Assembly: GCA_964016885.1 (NCBI GenBank)
Contig: OZ024742.1
Location: 249,674,001 to 249,738,000, forward strand
DNA from: Eledone cirrhosa
Lineage: Eukaryota
Reading direction: 5' to 3'
DNA length: 64,000 nucleotides
Below are positions 13,331 to 27,653 of this stretch, piece after piece (the stretch's first letter is position 1; each line of letters begins with the position of its first letter). The notes under the pieces are model-generated. The model saw only the letters and a program-made list of their open reading frames with translations. It was not told where the DNA came from and made no database searches. The translations under genes and the position numbers were made by a program.

Positions 13331-14975
13331 CTTCTACACATGGCCATCTCGTGTTTTTTCTAGCAATAGACTATTCAATGTAATTTCTTAAAATACCCAA
13401 GTTTGGGATTTTATAAAGTTTTATAAACCACGTAATTATTCCCTGATTAGCACTAGTATTTCTGTCATTCAATAACTTATTGTTAAATCGCATTCGCATT
13501 TAGACAATATAACTAAGACTATTAATATGTAGCACTTTTTGGGTAGCACAGAAAAGTATATACATCATATTATTAGTAACACGGCATCAATTAAGGTTTA
13601 CAGAACAGAGTTCTCTAACAGCGACTTGGCAAAATCCTTAGAATGTTGGATTAAATGAGTTGGAATTTGATCCCGCTATCTGCACGTTGTTTTTAAATCC
13701 TACCGAGACAAACTGTCACTTTAATCCTCCAGAGGCCAATAAATAATTTATAAATGCATAGGCGGTAGATTCATGTAATTACTAAAATGTGGAACGACAT
13801 GCTTTGCGCTATCTATTTAGGTCTTGTGTGTTCTGAGTAAAATACCGTCATTGTCATCGTTGCTTTTCATCTCTTCTGCATCGATAAATAAATTATTATT
13901 CCATGAGTGATAGATGGCGGAATGGTTAAAGATATGCTTTGTGCTATTCCTCCTCTTCTGTAAACTCTACGTTGAAATACCGATTCCTGCCACGTGAAGA
14001 AAGAGCTGTGAGAATTCTGCAAGGTATTGCGACCAGCTGACAGAAGTGGCAATAGAAGGACAAATGGATTATATTGCTTGCTTCTCCTTTCTCTGACTCT
14101 AACAGTAAACATCAAAACTCACCCCAATCTACAGAACATAAACTTGTCTTTGATTTGAATTTTCTTAGCTGCTTCTATTTTTTGTCGACGCAGAACATTG
14201 CATTTTTCCTTGGATTGTTGGTGTGTTAGTTTTTTTTTTAATTTATTACAGCCATCATCGAGTCTAAAAAGCAAAGAAAAAAAACCCCATATCATACAGC
14301 ATTCATTGCTGATTGTAAGTAAATATAAAAAACAAGGCAAAACCAAAAGATGTAAACTAATTTCAAGCTGTTGCTACATATACAAATACCTTGTGATGAA
14401 ATTCAAGGAAGATATACGTGATCTAGGTTTTATTTGACGTCATAGGTCTTGTGACTGGCTTTTGACGTCATGTGTTGTTGTTGAAAAATTTAAACATTTA
14501 TATCTGTTATTCCATTCAACCCACTGACGAGTGCAGTCAGTCAGCCAACCAAGACAAGCCTGGTTGCACCATACCCTTAGGTATAGCTATACAATCCTCC
14601 GTTACTACATATACATGAGTTTTATTATATCTGTAATTAGCGCCATTTTCTATAACACAAATAAACAAACAATAAGTACACACACACACATATATATATA
14701 AACATATATGTGTGTGTGTCTGTGTGTCTGTGTGCGTGCCTTGATAAGCATATGAAGCATGTGGAAGTCCGTGCTTACATATTAACGTTTTAGATAGAGA
14801 GGCGAAGGTGTCTTCCTAACGATCCAGTAGTTTATTTCTGGTACACGAAGTAAACTAGAAAAACATAGATTTCAATGCAGAGTTTTTGGTAAATTTTCTG
14901 CTGCATTCCTGCATCTGAAATGACTGGCTGTATATCAATTTCACAGTTTCTTTGAAGTTATATACACATCAGATC

Positions 14976-15006
<31 letters not shown>

Positions 15007-15112
15007 TGTATGTATGTATGTATGTATGTATGTATGTATGTATGTATGTATGTACGTACGTACGTATGTATGTAGGCATGAATGTACGTATGTATATATG
15101 TATGTATGTATG

Positions 15113-15161
<49 letters not shown>

Positions 15162-15355
15162 GCCTATGTAATTATGTGTGTGTATGTATGTATATTCGTG
15201 CAGGTCTGTTTAATACAGACGTATATAAAGATATCATTAATATTTTCTCTGTTAATATATTCTCAATGGAGAAAGAAAGATGGTCTCATATGCACGCATC
15301 TATGGACACACCTAAATTACTTTATATGCACAGATATAACTATATATGCATTATG

Positions 15356-15496
<141 letters not shown>

Positions 15497-15507
15497 ATGT
15501 ATATATG

Positions 15508-15558
<51 letters not shown>

Positions 15559-15619
15559 GAGCATGTTTGTATTTATGCCTGCGAATATGTATTTACGTAT
15601 GTGATAATTGGGATTACAA

Positions 15620-18600
15620 AGCGAAGATAAGTGGGTATTGATATTCCAGTTTCGTTTGGTCGAAATGCGTAATACCCTAGCAGTGAAGGCGTTTCCCCGG
15701 GGGACGGCAAGGGAGAAGCGCTGGAAAAGCCACTCCAACTCAAGGGGCTCACACCTGCGGCTGGCCAGCTCAGCGCCTATGGTGGTGAGTAAGGAGGTAG
15801 CCTTGGGGCCGAGGACACCAGAAATTTCCACTGCCAGGAGGACGACCGCAAACCTGTCGGAGAGCGACCGGTATTTGAGGAGATTGACCCCCTCAGTCCG
15901 ACGTGCAGCAGAACCTGGGTCAGTCGCAGACTGCACCAGGTTCCGGCTGCAGAAAGTGTCGGTGCAAGTGGCATCCCAGACGAGGGGTTTGCCACCGCGA
16001 AACGGGAAGATCGTCATGCCATCTGGCCTTTTGCCGTCCCCTCGATCCAGCCCCACTGGCTCAAGCTGGGAAGGGAAGCCTGCAGCATCCAAGCCATGCT
16101 TAATGACCTCTTTGAGGGCAGTATGGCGTAGAATGCGGCCGGCACTCTGGCGACAGGAAAGCAGGTGGAGGCCGAAAGAGTCCACGGTGGAACCGCAGCG
16201 ACATTGGTGTGGCTGGCAGATCCGGAGGCCGAGCCTCAGGGAAACGCCGATTCGCAGGCTATGGTTGTCTAGCTGCGTGCCAGTGCAGAAGGAGGGCAGA
16301 GCATGGAGCCAGGCACCACTGTGGGGTTTAGATGCCGCACGAAAACAAGCAAGGCAGTGCTGGTCGAGCTGGCGCGTGAGCCTGTCTGAGATCAGGCTGC
16401 ACTGGATGGCATCCCAAGTGCGTTGGGGGGACTTGACGTCAACAGGGGAAGAAGGTGGAGGGACGTCTACTGGGCTAAGTCCCAGCCGGTTCCACGTCTC
16501 ACAGGCGGCCTCACGTTCTCTGAATACAGGGGGTTCTGTTGTGTTTTGAAGAACCCTGCTGACGAGGACGCGGCACGAGGTTACCGACGAAAGATACGCC
16601 GGTAAAGCTAGTGAGATCGGGGACCGGAGGCCTAGGCCGCCATACCTGACCGGTAAAGTGGCCTGTGGCCACCCTATATCGTTAAACTTGACGTTGCATA
16701 TCCCCTCGGCTGCTGCTTGGATACAAGTATCGAGGTCAGCGACGAGAGATGCCTGGGTGTAGCATGGAGCGCTGAGGAGTGTATAGAGGGGTTTCGGCAT
16801 GGCGAAGCAGTTCCTCAGCAGAAAGAGAGCTGGGTGGACGTCAATCAAGCCCAGTCGGCTAGTGAGAGTCTGGAGCTGTTGAAGCCTGGACCTGATGGTG
16901 GAGCGGATGGCCGGCGAGTTCATCGGTGACCCGAGGATGAGGGCATCCTCTTTGGGGGTCACCTGAACCTGGCGGAGAATGGACCGCACGTACAAGACGG
17001 AGGCTGCAAAGCTCGCAGCATCGAGTTTGACGTTCACCACCTCTGACTTGGCCGAGTTGACCTGGAGGCCGATTCCCGCCAGGACAGGAATCACCGATTG
17101 AAGGTCTTGGCAGACCCTCCTTACGGGCCCGCCCAACGTAGCATCATCCAGATACCAAACGTTGAAAGGAGCGATGTGGTCAATACCAAAGGCGAATAGG
17201 AGGGGTCCCAAAGGGTCGCCCTTTTGGATCCCAGTAGCTGAGGATATGACCGTATCAGCAGCTAGGAGCATGCTCAGGGCTCCATATGACAGGTAGGCCA
17301 GCGTGTAGGCAGAGGGGGCTCGGCTGAGGCAGGCCTCGAGCAGATGATTCCGGCGTAAAGAGTTAAAGGCATTCCTCATGTCAAGCTTGACAATGATGTG
17401 CCTGGATGCCGGTACCGATGTGCAGCTGCTGAAGAACTGCCTGATTGCATTAGAGGCTCCCTCACAGCCACCGGACACGCCGACACCCAGTTGCACCGGA
17501 CTAAACTCCTCATCCAGTTCGTGTGTAACGGACTTGCAGATCACCTTGGCAGCCAGACTCCGGAAGACATTGCCCACAGCAGTGGGGCGTATGCCACCTT
17601 CTTTCTTCCTGAGAGCGGTGAGGCTGGCCGAAAAAAAGAGGCTTCGGGCGTAAGGGTCGAGGGCACCATGAATGAGCCTATTGGTGAGCGCCACAATTGC
17701 ACTCAGAAGGCAGCGCCCGGCCTCAGCGGAGAGGGGGGGTGTCAACTCCTGGAGGTGGCCTGGTCGGGGACCATCAACACCTCCGCAGCTGCTAAGCTGG
17801 GAAGGACCTGATGGCGGACATGATATCTGCATCAGTAGCCACAAGGAGCAGGTGGGGGTCGGGTGGATGTATGGGTCTGAGATCAGTGGGTGGCTCAGCG
17901 TGTTTGAGCCGCAGAGCAGCCAGGATCTCCTCGGTGGTTTGGAGGACAGTGACCTCTGAAGCAACAACTCTGACTGCGGCCGAGACATCACCCATGATAA
18001 GCTTTGCGTTTACCTGGTCATGCAAACGCTTGGCGATGTCGTCGGGGGTGGAGGATAGAAGGTACCTGAGGGTGGGGGATAGAAGGTACCTGAGGGTGGG
18101 TGTGTGGCGTCCCTGGGCACGCTTGGAATGGGCGCTCGCCCAAATGACGAGACATTGGCCTTGACGAAGGCTGATGCTGACCGGTCGCCCCGGTCAGCGC
18201 CAGAGCTAGGGAGGCCGAGGGCGAGTGGGGCGAAATAGAACAGCCGCTCCCAGTCACTGGCTCGATTGGAGTCCAGGTCGCTCTCAATCGAAGAAGCGAG
18301 GGCATCGGCTACCGGCACCCGTGCCGCTCTCGGGATCCTGAGTGGGATCTTCCGGAGCCGCCCGAGCCGAGCGACGTTGACCAGCGAGGCTCGGGCGTCA
18401 GGCAAGCTGACTGTCCTATCTGGTGGTGTGCCAGACGGCTGTGACTGGGAAGATGTGGGGAAGAGGCAGCTCCTGCACCTCCACGCTCCGAGAGCATTGG
18501 AAGCTCGACGAGTCAAGCCAACGCAGGTGAAGTGGTGGAAGTAGCCGCACCCCAAACAGATCCGGCCCCTCTTCCGTTTGTTAGTGGTGCCGCAAGTGCT

Positions 18601-18790
18601 GCAGGTGTCGATTTTGAGGGGTGGGGGATGGGAGGTGATTCGAAGAATGTTTGTGCTCGGTGTTGTCAGCTTGAGAAGAAACCGCCAGAAAGAGAGTATA
18701 CCTTTGGCGTAGCCATGCCTGGCCTTACGAGGCCAGGCGGCCAAGAGGTGAAACGAAAGAAAGATAGCTTTGAGCTCCCTCGCCTATAGT
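15620..18790 (-). mobile_element. CRE-like non-LTR retrotransposon with N-terminal PHD finger, frameshifted
   Basis: [36 protein letters not shown] and WYLDD, then GGLG, CRCG...H...C, RH, KRPDG and WDAT. C4HC3 spacing appears in ORF 18010-18744. GC-rich relative to its flanks. Confidence 0.88.
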
Positions 18791-18859
18791 TCCCTGGACG
18801 GAAGTTACAAGGAAGGTTCTGGAATTTCAACGGGAAGTAACTCCAGCTACTTCCCTTGT

Positions 18860-19090
18860 CCAGAGAGCACTACAAATGCATGGGCTGAGAAGCTAGGAAT
18901 TACCATCAAGAGGGGATTCTTGCAGAAAACAGCCTTGCTAGGAACATCAAGAATTCTAAGGTGTGTTTTGGAAAGGTGAAGGAAAAATAATGACCCAAAA
19001 CGCCTTTCGTTATTGGCTATAGCTCGCTCTTTTGGTATAGTGGCAGTATTACATCTGCCAGAGCAAAAGCGATACGAATAACAATAATAA
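18860..19090 (+). mobile_element. 3' end of another R4/Dong-like family
   Basis: LQKTALLGTSRILRCVL matches the C-terminus LQKACLLGTARTLRYVL. It is followed by a UTR and a TAA-like tail. Confidence 0.75.
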
Positions 19091-19094
19091 AATA

Positions 19095-19284
19095 ATAATT
19101 GTTTCTACTTTAGGCACAAGGCCAGCAATTAACCAGTACATTACTGGTACTTTATTTTATCGACCCCGTAAGGATGAAAGGCAAAGTTAACCTCGGCGGG
19201 ATTTGAACTGAGAATGTAAAGGGACGTAACTATCCTAGAAAGCATGGCGTCCAACCCTCTACCGATACAGCCAATTCACCGCCC
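19095..19284 (-). mobile_element. SINE S1 copy
   Basis: Near-identical to 1897-2088. Confidence 0.88.
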
Positions 19285-19759
19285 TAAAATAATAATACTA
19301 TCAAAACAAGCGTTGTAACGTGTGAAAACTTACGGGAACGAATCCTATCCTAAAGCAAAGAAAAAATTTCGTTTTTTGTTAAACCTCTCAGTTAGCGAGA
19401 TTAACGGTGATCAATAACTACAAAAAAATACAGGAAATGTAGATACGTTGATTATAAGTATCAACAATATGGTTGATGGTAAATACTTCCGTAGTTGTTA
19501 ACAGGGTCGGATTTATTACTTGGGGCACCGAGTAACTTCAGTTTTGGGTGGCCCGAGGCACTTCAGTTTGGGGGACGCTCATGCACAAACAATAAAATAT
19601 ATAACAAATCGCCAACTTCATATTTTAAAGTCAGCTTCGCGCATGTAATTGGAATTGTCAAGTGAAGCATACATATGTTAAATGCCAAAGATCTGACTAT
19701 TGTCATTTTAAGTGCACTTTACACCCTGACATGAATATATATGGCAGGTGAACAGTGAG

Positions 19760-19804
19760 CTGTACTGATGAAGGGTGATACACAGAAACATTAGTGTCTT
19801 CAGT
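19760..19804 (+). ncRNA. Decayed type I hammerhead-like motif
   Basis: ctgta-CTGATGA-agggtgatacaca-GAAA-CATTAGTG-TC-ttcag. The core and GUC are present but stem II pairs poorly. Confidence 0.45.
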
Positions 19805-19940
19805 TCTGTTTACATGCCAACATCAGAGCAAGAATGAAGGGTTCATTCTACCGATATGGTTTTAAAAACGAGGGTTGTTTGCATAATTGCAAACGAATCG
19901 AATGTTATTATTATATTCGAAAAACTCAGATTGCATTTAT

Positions 19941-19985
<45 letters not shown>

Positions 19986-20309
19986 ATGTGTGTATGTGTG
20001 TATGTGTGTGTGTTGTGTGTGTCTATGTGTGTATATATGTATACGTAGGTATATATGTAAGTATGTATAATCGTTCGTTTGTTTCTCTGTCTGAATTTGG
20101 GAAAAATAAGTTTATTAGTCATGGAGAGAAAGAAACAGAAAAATAAACGAAACAGTGAGTGATATGCGTTCAAACATCAAATTCAACTAGCCCAAAGATC
20201 TATCCCTCTCTTCTACGTTAATCGAAATACTCTCCTCTATCGGCAACAGCAAGTGTGGTCATATCTACTTAATATTGATGAGTAATTTACAAATAGATAT
20301 CATGTAATA

Positions 20310-20810
20310 CATGACAATATGCTAAATGTTATCATGTATTTTCACGAGGGCATGGCGAATGCTCTGAACCCTTTCGTGTCACAAACGGTATGACGCAGGG
20401 TTGCATCATGGCCCCCGTTCTCTTTCATTTGTTATTTTCTGTAATGCTCTTGTATGCATTTGACGACTTTAACACTGGTAGATTATTCAACCATTAGCGC
20501 TTACACGAACAAGTGTTATTGGTGTTTTACTGTTTGCTGATCCTGTTGCATTTCTTGCAATATCCCTCTGAAAGGCACAAGAATTGATGAACTCCTTCTC
20601 GTTTGCCTGTAAGGCATTTGGTTTAACAATCAGCGTTAAGAAGACTGAGATGATCAACCAAGGCCAACTACCCACAGATAAGTATAAGATTTCAGGCAAG
20701 GAAAGTCGACAATGGGCATTCCCATAATTCCATCACTGTTGTTGATGTTAATTCCTTTACTTACCTTGGTAGCAAGGTGAACCGAGTTGCATCCCTCCAA
20801 AGCAACTGAT
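20310..20810 (+). mobile_element. RTE-clade RT fragment
   Basis: Translates to EPFRVTNGMTQGCIMAPVLF, LLFAD and FGLTISVKKTE. Confidence 0.75.
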
Positions 20811-21658
20811 GCCTCCAAACGAAACTTCCTCGTTTTTTCTATTGTACACTCTGCCTGGGCATAGAGTGCTTGATTTGGTACGAACACCAGTATTTCACCG
20901 TACTACCTGCAATACACATATACATATGAATATGTGTGTGTATTTCATTATTATATTGTTCCAAACTCCGCTATGGTCGAGTTAACCCAGGAGTATACTA
21001 ACTGCTTTTTCTAGAAAATACGTTATTCGCTCATTGTCCAGCTTACTATCCCTCTGTGACCACTGTATCATGTGTTAATTTATCTCTCCGCCTCTCGAGA
21101 AATTCTCCCTTGCTACAAAGGAAACAGTCCCTTTTGACTGCTGTATCACGTGTTAATTTCTCCCTCCACCTCTAAAGATTTTCTCACTTGCTACAAGCGC
21201 GTCAAGGAACAGTCCGTTTTTCTAGGGGGGGGGGGTCTCTTGATAGCCGTATCAACATCACAGCGATGATGCATTTTTATAGTGCAGAATTGTTATAGTG
21301 CAGAATTGTTGCACACGGATCGGTGAAACTGCAGTCGGGACTTCGAAGAAAAATAGGTATATTTTTGTCTATTATTTACTCATATTTTGTAATTAAAAAT
21401 ATATATATATATGAATATAAATTCAGCGAGAATCGCATTTCGGCGGGTAGAAAAAGCGAAACGAAACGCAAAAATCAGAATTATGCTGGCAAGCGCTCCA
21501 TAGTTAAAAAACCAGAGCTAAACAATATATTAAAACGCCATACAAAACTGAAAAAGTGGTCAAGAAAGCATCAACCACCTGAGCCAAAAAGCAAATCAAG
21601 CTAAACAGGTAAAAACAAAATAAATTATAAAAAAAAATATATTATGTATGTATACATA

Positions 21659-21735
<77 letters not shown>

Positions 21736-21740
21736 TATAT

Positions 21741-21937
21741 AACGAAGGAAATGTGGTAAGGAACCAGGTGGACCATAACGCACCAAAGTACTCAATACAT
21801 AGGGTAGTAGAGTAGGTAATAGGAACGAGTGGGACCCCGACGGCTGAGCTCAAGCCGTTTCGACGGCTAAAGTTTTTAGTCCAGAATTAGCCGTCGAAAC
21901 GGCTTGAGCTCAGCCGTCGGGGTCCCACTCGTTCCTA
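21741..21937. mobile_element. Fold-back mini-element, family C copy 1
   Basis: Long arm on the minus strand and short arm on the plus strand. Each has GAAA-CGGC..GCCG-TC-GGGG (3' half of an HHR). Set in (TA)n, with TATACATTATAT on both flanks. Confidence 0.85.
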
Positions 21938-21942
21938 TATAC

Positions 21943-22004
<62 letters not shown>

Positions 22005-22223
22005 AATTCCGTTGGAAAGGTCCAGGAAAAATGAGTTCTCTATGTAGGTTACAGAGTTTATTTATGTAATAAACAACATAAGATGATTATTTCATTTACC
22101 AGTGGTTTCTTGAAAGCAAATAATTCAATAAAAACACCAGGAACTTTTCATTCTGACGACTGAAAGCAGATTTATTTGCTTTCAAGAAACCACTGGTAAA
22201 TGAAATAATCATCTTATGTTGTT

Positions 22224-22304
<81 letters not shown>

Positions 22305-22399
22305 CATACATATTTATACATACATATATAATATATTTCATTTTTTAAGACTTTTAAAATCTTGGCCCGAATTTCATCTATCCACCTCCAACAACAACA

Positions 22400-22570
22400 G
22401 CAACAACAATACCGTGTTTCTGACATCATTTGCAAGCGTCATCTTGGCTGGTTGGGACATGTGACAAGACTCCTAAGTAAGAAACATGCTAATCAGGTCC
22501 TGTATTGCTACCCCTATGGAAAGACGTCAAGAGGACCTTCCAACTTAAAGCGGTGGCAGACAATCGACTG
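22400..22570 (+). mobile_element. RTE-like LINE 3' fragment
   Basis: RHLGWLGHVTRL...QVLY...RGPSNLKRW. Confidence 0.6.
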
Positions 22571-23069
22571 AGAGCTGAAACCCGTCAACAAAAGTTAGAC
22601 GGATATAATTGTAAAAATATACCAATTCTTCGACGCATCATCTTGCTAACAATATCATTTTAGTAACTGTAAGAAAATGAAAATATATATGTAATTCAAA
22701 CGCAGATGAATATAGCGAAAAATCTACTAGCGAATATAAATAAGGGTAGCTTCTAGTAAGGGGCATAGTGAAGGTTTTTTCATCCTCGCCATATCTTTTC
22801 AACATTGTATTGCATAACCGCACTTAATATATCCCCCAGTTCAAATCTTACTCAGGACTCCCTATCATCCTTCCACGCTTGACAAAATAAACTGCCAGTT
22901 AAATATTGCATCCATTTATTCAGCTTCCAATGGCGTTGAAGGTATTTTTCGGCATGATTGTGGTGGTGGTGGTAGTGGTGTGGTTAGTACTGGTTTTATT
23001 TGTGGTGGCAGCTGTGTGATGGTGGTGATAATGGCGTTGAAGTAGATGGTACGACGTACAACGCCATAA

Positions 23070-25695
23070 TCTATATATATAAAACAGATGTCTGTCTGTT
23101 TGTGTAACCGCATACATTTCTACATTTTACAACCGATTTGCACCAAATTTCATACATAGGGTTTCTGAAGTCCTATTACGCGTCGTAGGCTATTTTATTT
23201 TTCCGTACATCGATTGTGGGGGGCCCAGGGGCAGGTGGCCCCCTTAAGCCTCTCCCTTCGACTTATCTATTGAAGTTCACATTAACTCTGTATTAGTACC
23301 TGATAACTTTTGAAGTTTACGTTCGATCTTCGTTTTCACTTTCAAAACAACAATCATCGTCGGATGAAATTTCAGAAATATAAACATCTGATTCATTTGA
23401 AGATAAATCACTAATATTATCTTTTGTTTCTTGTTCATTTTGAATGGCGTCGTGTGTAAAAACTTGAAAGTCGGTATCACTACTTTCATAAGCCATGTTG
23501 ATACAAACAAACAATCTGTTCTACTTTCAACGTTTAAAAAACACGTGTTGTTTTAAGTTGTTTCACTATATTAAGTGTTAATTTTCGCGGTAAGGGCCTA
23601 ATCTCGCAGTAATATCGAATTGACGAGATTTTGATGACGGTATTGTTTATTTTTAGAAGGATATTTAAGTGTGGGTGTTACGGCGGTTTTGGGCGGTTTG
23701 AACAAATGAAGGGAAAATAATTTCGGCCGGTTTGAACACTAAAGGGTTAAAGGAGGGTTAGTTAATATGTTTATGGTAATAAGGTTTCAGTTTATCATGC
23801 TGTGATATTTCGGCCATTTTTTCCTGTATCCTTTCAATGGTTAGTACTTACTTTGCGTTGCCCCTAACTTAAAACTGAAATTTGAGTGGTACACAAAATC
23901 TTGAAAAACATACCCACTTTCTCAGACCACATAGATTTATCACATTTTTTCACAAATTATATCCGTGTTTTTGGCTTACTTAAACCTTATTTGTCCAATA
24001 TTTATCGTTCTCCCTTGTTAATTTTTTAAAAACAATGCCCCCAAGAAAAGAACTCTCATCGGTCGATTATCTAATGATGCAAGTAGGTCTAACCGAAGGC
24101 GTCTCACCGAAGATGTAAATACAACTGCGATCAGTCTCTCACAGAATTCTGTGCAGACGGCAGCTGCAAGAGCGGAGGATGATGACAGTCGGTGTGAACT
24201 TCGACGGAACAAAAGTGCTGCCGCGACTGCTGCTGCTCGCGCTTGAGAGGATGAAGGACGACGTGCCATTCGACGTAGCAGAGACGCCGCTGCAACATTC
24301 GCTGCTCGCGCACGAGAGGATGAAGGACGACGCGCCGTTCGAGGAAGCAGGGACGCCACTGCCACTGCTGCTGCACGAAATACTGAAACCATAGTGCAAC
24401 GACCTGGCCGAATTCTGCAAAGTGAAATCCGGCAATCATCGTTACATGGCATTTTAAGGACTTGCAATTCACGATGGTTATTGAAGGCCTTTAACTACGA
24501 ACCCTCCTCCGACTACGCCGTCCATGCAGATATTCAAATTAGAGAAATGACCTCTACTTGTCAGTTTTGTCGTACGAACAAGTGGCCAGGGGAGAGAGAT
24601 GGAATGTACTGTTCAAACGGTAAAGTTAGACTACCTCCTATTCACGACCCTCCAGAGACATTGCAACTCCTTTTGACAGACACGACGGAGGAATCATCGA
24701 AGTTTCGCTACAATTCCGCGTTTCAGATGACATCCTTCGGAAATCAGTTCAAACTACATCGACAAATTCATTTCTGCCGAACTACCTGATCTGTCGATTG
24801 ACAAGGACCTCTTCTCTATAGTAACATCACACATGGTCTATGGTCCTTGCGGACATGGACTCAATATGAATTCCCCGTGCATACACGTCGGAAAGTGTAC
24901 AAAACGATATCCCAGGCCGTTTTTACAGGAATCACAGAAGGCTGTGACGGATATCCGTTGTATAGTCGCAGGAGACCTGAAACGGTGGGTTCACAGCAAA
25001 AGTTGGTGAACGCGAAATCAACAACAGCTGGATAGTGCCATATTGGCCCCTCCTTTTGAAAGCGTTGAACGCCCATATAAACGTCGAATTTTGCAACTCA
25101 GCAAAATCAATTAAATACGTTTGTAAGTACGTAAACAAGGGATCGGATGCTGCCGTCTTTGGTCTTCGTCGTGAAAACAGTAGAGACGAGGTATATGACT
25201 ACCAAGCAGGCCGATACATTAGCAGCAATGAAGCCTTTTGGCGCGTCTTTAGCTTCCCACTGAACCAATGATACCCCGTCATTAAACAATTTGCCGTCCA
25301 CCTTGAAAACGGTCAAGGGTGTATTTCAATGATGCAACAGCTGCTCAGCTAATGATCTCACCAAAGGAAACTACACTCACCGCTTTTTTCAAACTTTGTC
25401 AAGACGACGACTTCGCTCGAACTCTGCTGGGGTAAGAGGGCCGACTAGCTTCACTCATCTGAGAACCGTCGATGGACACGCCTGCGGAACGTACAGGGAA
25501 GCCTGCTTGAGGCGTGGACTTTTAGTAGATGACGCACAATGGGATGCAACCTTGACGGAAGCTGCCATCTCACAATCATCCCGTAGTCTAAGAGCCCTTT
25601 CTGCTATCCTCTTGCACGTCTGTGAATTGAGCGATCCTTACTCTTTATGAAAAAAGTTTAAAGATGATTTCGCAGACGAATATAGGCGTCTCGCT
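23070..25695 (+). mobile_element. Decayed autonomous Helitron (5' end plus Rep fragments)
   Basis: 5' terminus A|TCTATATATATAAAA. Rep motifs include CQFC...CSNGKVRLP, YNSAFQMTSFG, DGYPLYSRR, AHINVEFC..KSIKYVCKYVNKGSD, RYISSNEAFWR, HLENGQ and VRGPTSF..LRTVDG..TYREAC. Many deletions; no 3' end seen. Confidence 0.9.
23282..23750 (-). mobile_element. Possible piggyBac-like fragment nested in the Helitron
   Basis: The minus strand begins TTAA|CCCTTTAGTG, then an acidic N-terminal peptide MAYESSDTDF...ISDLSSNESD...ISSDDD. The second end is poorly defined. Confidence 0.45.
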
Positions 25696-25727
25696 ATACA
25701 TATACGCACACACATAGCGCGCGCACG

Positions 25728-25832
<105 letters not shown>

Positions 25833-25838
25833 CCCCCC

Positions 25839-25881
<43 letters not shown>

Positions 25882-25893
25882 TATATATATATC

Positions 25894-26279
<386 letters not shown>

Positions 26280-26333
26280 CATACTTTACACGTGTAGGAC
26301 ATCTGGATTTTTTTATTAAAAAATAATTTTCTA

Positions 26334-26442
<109 letters not shown>

Positions 26443-26863
26443 CATATGCATTATAGTTAATACGAAACATTGTGGGATATGTAATAAATGTCTTATATGT
26501 TTCAGAAAGCTGATGCATTTCTAAAAATCATGTACTGGGTAAAACATTGTTTTGTTTTATTTGTCATCCTTTGACCTTTCTATATTTGTACTGCATTGTT
26601 CCGGTTCTCTGAATCATATCAGTCATTTATTTACACACACAACACACACAGACAGACATGCAAGCACACGCACACTCACACTTACACACACACACATACA
26701 TATATATCATCATCATCCACATCATCATCGTTTAACGTCCATATATGTATATATATATATATAAGGGTTAAAATACTGGAGTGTGTTGGAGTTAAACACC
26801 CTCTTCGTATTATAGAAATGACAGTAAAAGGTATAGCTCAATGTAGTTAAACAGAGCCGAAAA

Positions 26864-27617
26864 ATTAAGAGAGTAAAACAAAGAAGCCTTCAATACATCA
26901 AAAGTCTTTATTAGCCGACAATGTTTCGTCCTATTAAGGACACATCAGGGCAATTAAAACAACAAGAAGTAATATCGGCAGATACAAGCCGGAAGCTCCG
27001 AAGAATATGGAGTGTACATAGACTAAAGTATTGCAAAAATATATAATAAAAATAATAAAAATATATAATAAAAATTACTAAGGATGTATATAACATTAAG
27101 AACGATATTACAAATATAGTCCAAAGCAAAAAAAAACTAGAGCTAAACAAAGGTGGTTATATATAGCAGGAATTATATATAATACAATGTAATATAATAT
27201 AATATAATATAATATACCTTTACCAACATTAAAATTACAATAAAAATCAATAGGTACAATATGCATATGTATATATGTGCACACACGTACACACACATAC
27301 ACATACAACAATACACACATCCATCTTCAACTGCACAAATTAAACCTTATTAAGAGTTTGAATATAAAAATAAGCATGGTAGGAATGAAAATAATAATAA
27401 TAATATTACTAATACGTCTACCCAATATACATGAGGTAATAATATGATATAATTATAAGTAGCACATATAATAAATAATAAATAATACAGTTATATGCTA
27501 TATAATACAATATAATAGGATAGATAATCTCCGGTTAATTTACACAAACAATATAGATGTCACAATAATAATATAATAATAATATATTAACATTTACGAT
27601 ATACAATATACTAACAT
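26864..27617 (-). repeat. Left inverted repeat (754 bp) of the PLE
   Basis: Mirrored ORFs 26911-27150/31455-31694 and 27108-27320/31285-31497 translate almost identically. Confidence 0.95.
26912..26953 (-). ncRNA. Hammerhead copy in the left repeat, with core variant CUGAUGU
   Basis: gcc-CTGATGT-GTCCT-taat-AGGAC-GAAA-CATTG-TC-ggc. It differs from the right copy at 26942. Confidence 0.75.
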
Positions 27618-27653
27618 GTGTGATATACAATATACTAACATCAATATACTAAC

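Noticed and set aside
13500-14480. Faint resemblance to a decayed Harbinger/ISL2EU-type transposase on the minus strand
   Set aside because: Only scattered residues match and no TIR pair was found. It needs a translated profile search.
14525-14575. CTGACGA followed by a GTGCA/TGCAC stem
   Set aside because: No GAAA or stem III follows, so it is not called a hammerhead.
15608-16549. 313-aa plus-strand ORF
   Set aside because: It is the antisense shadow of the GC-rich CRE-like ORF.
19502-19580. CAGGGTCGGATTT hAT-like terminus
   Set aside because: No matching second TIR or target duplication was found.
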